From IMG/VR virus record IMGVR_UViG_3300016265_000590, positions 1 through 35,176 of that record: a stretch of DNA of 35,176 nucleotides; one strand, 5' to 3'. A model generated the notes under the pieces. The model made no database searches. It saw only the letters and a list, made by a program, of their open reading frames with translations, and was not told where the DNA came from. This DNA is from a virus. Lineage: Duplodnaviria; Caudoviricetes. Positions 34,709 to 35,176 of this stretch are shown here, piece after piece (the first letter of the stretch is position 1; every line of letters begins with the position of its first letter). Position numbers and translations under genes: made by a program.

Positions 34709-35107
34709 ATGCCGCATAAGATACCGACGCATACCCCCCCGCGTATCAGATCGGCATTGCCAAGGCGAGATGAGAGCATCAGGCCAAACGCATCACAACG
34801 AGGCTACTGCGACAAAAGACATCGGGCCTGGAGGCTTGCTGTACTGACGCGAGATGCTTGGCAGTGCCAGCATTGCAACGTCGTATGCGGCCCCCCCGGC
34901 CCTCCACCACATGCCGATCACCGGGTGCCCGTTAGCCAAGGTGGAAAACGGTACGACGTGGATAACGGCCAGTGTCTGTGCGTCGCGTGTCACGGCAGGA
35001 AGACACGACGCGAGCAAGGCGAATCGGCAACAAGACGCCAAGTCGAGCCGAGAGTCATCGGCGACAAGGCGACACGCGAGGCAGGCGTTGCAGGACAAGA
35101 CACATGA
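34709..35107 (+). CDS. HNH endonuclease (terminase-associated, HK97 gp74-like)
   Basis: RGY...W...VLTRDAWQCQHC, HADHRVP and NGQCLCVACHGRKT; immediately before cos/terS on the circular map. Confidence 0.9.
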   Translation: MPHKIPTHTPPRIRSALPRRDESIRPNASQRGYCDKRHRAWRLAVLTRDAWQCQHCNVVCGPPGPPPHADHRVPVSQGGKRYDVDNGQCLCVACHGRKTRREQGESATRRQVEPRVIGDKATREAGVAGQDT

Positions 35108-35176
35108 CGCACCGCACGATGATTGACCGCGAGGGGAGGGGTGGTCGGCATCTCTCCAGGCAAGTCCAATAAAAAC

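Overview
Near-complete genome of a temperate, GC-rich HK97-like tailed phage with a short tape measure. Almost all genes are on the + strand; only the tyrosine integrase is on the - strand. Gene order: terS, terL, portal, prohead protease, Ogr-like zinc finger, major capsid, glycosyltransferase, head-tail and tail genes, RCC1-like protein, accessory enzymes, integrase with a tmRNA-type attP, early/replication genes (HTH, RecT, ParB-MTase, LexA DNA-binding domain, sliding clamp), RusA, a methyl/glycosyltransferase cluster, a papain-like peptidase in a lysis-like module, and HNH next to the probable cos end. A Planctomycetota-like host is a loose impression only. Main unusual signals: (1) terL is split by a precise 47-nt insert that folds into an 18-bp mRNA hairpin between matched CGG codons, a candidate programmed translational bypass. 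(2) An antisense integron-like array (attI-like site, two attC sites, cassettes with matching R boxes) with no IntI in the phage. (3) A recurrent promoter-like motif, TTGAC-N8-YANNNT, about one helical turn shorter than a sigma70 promoter. (4) A +1, prfB-like tail-chaperone frameshift. (5) Several structured intergenic RNAs. All calls come from reading motifs by eye; no searches were run.
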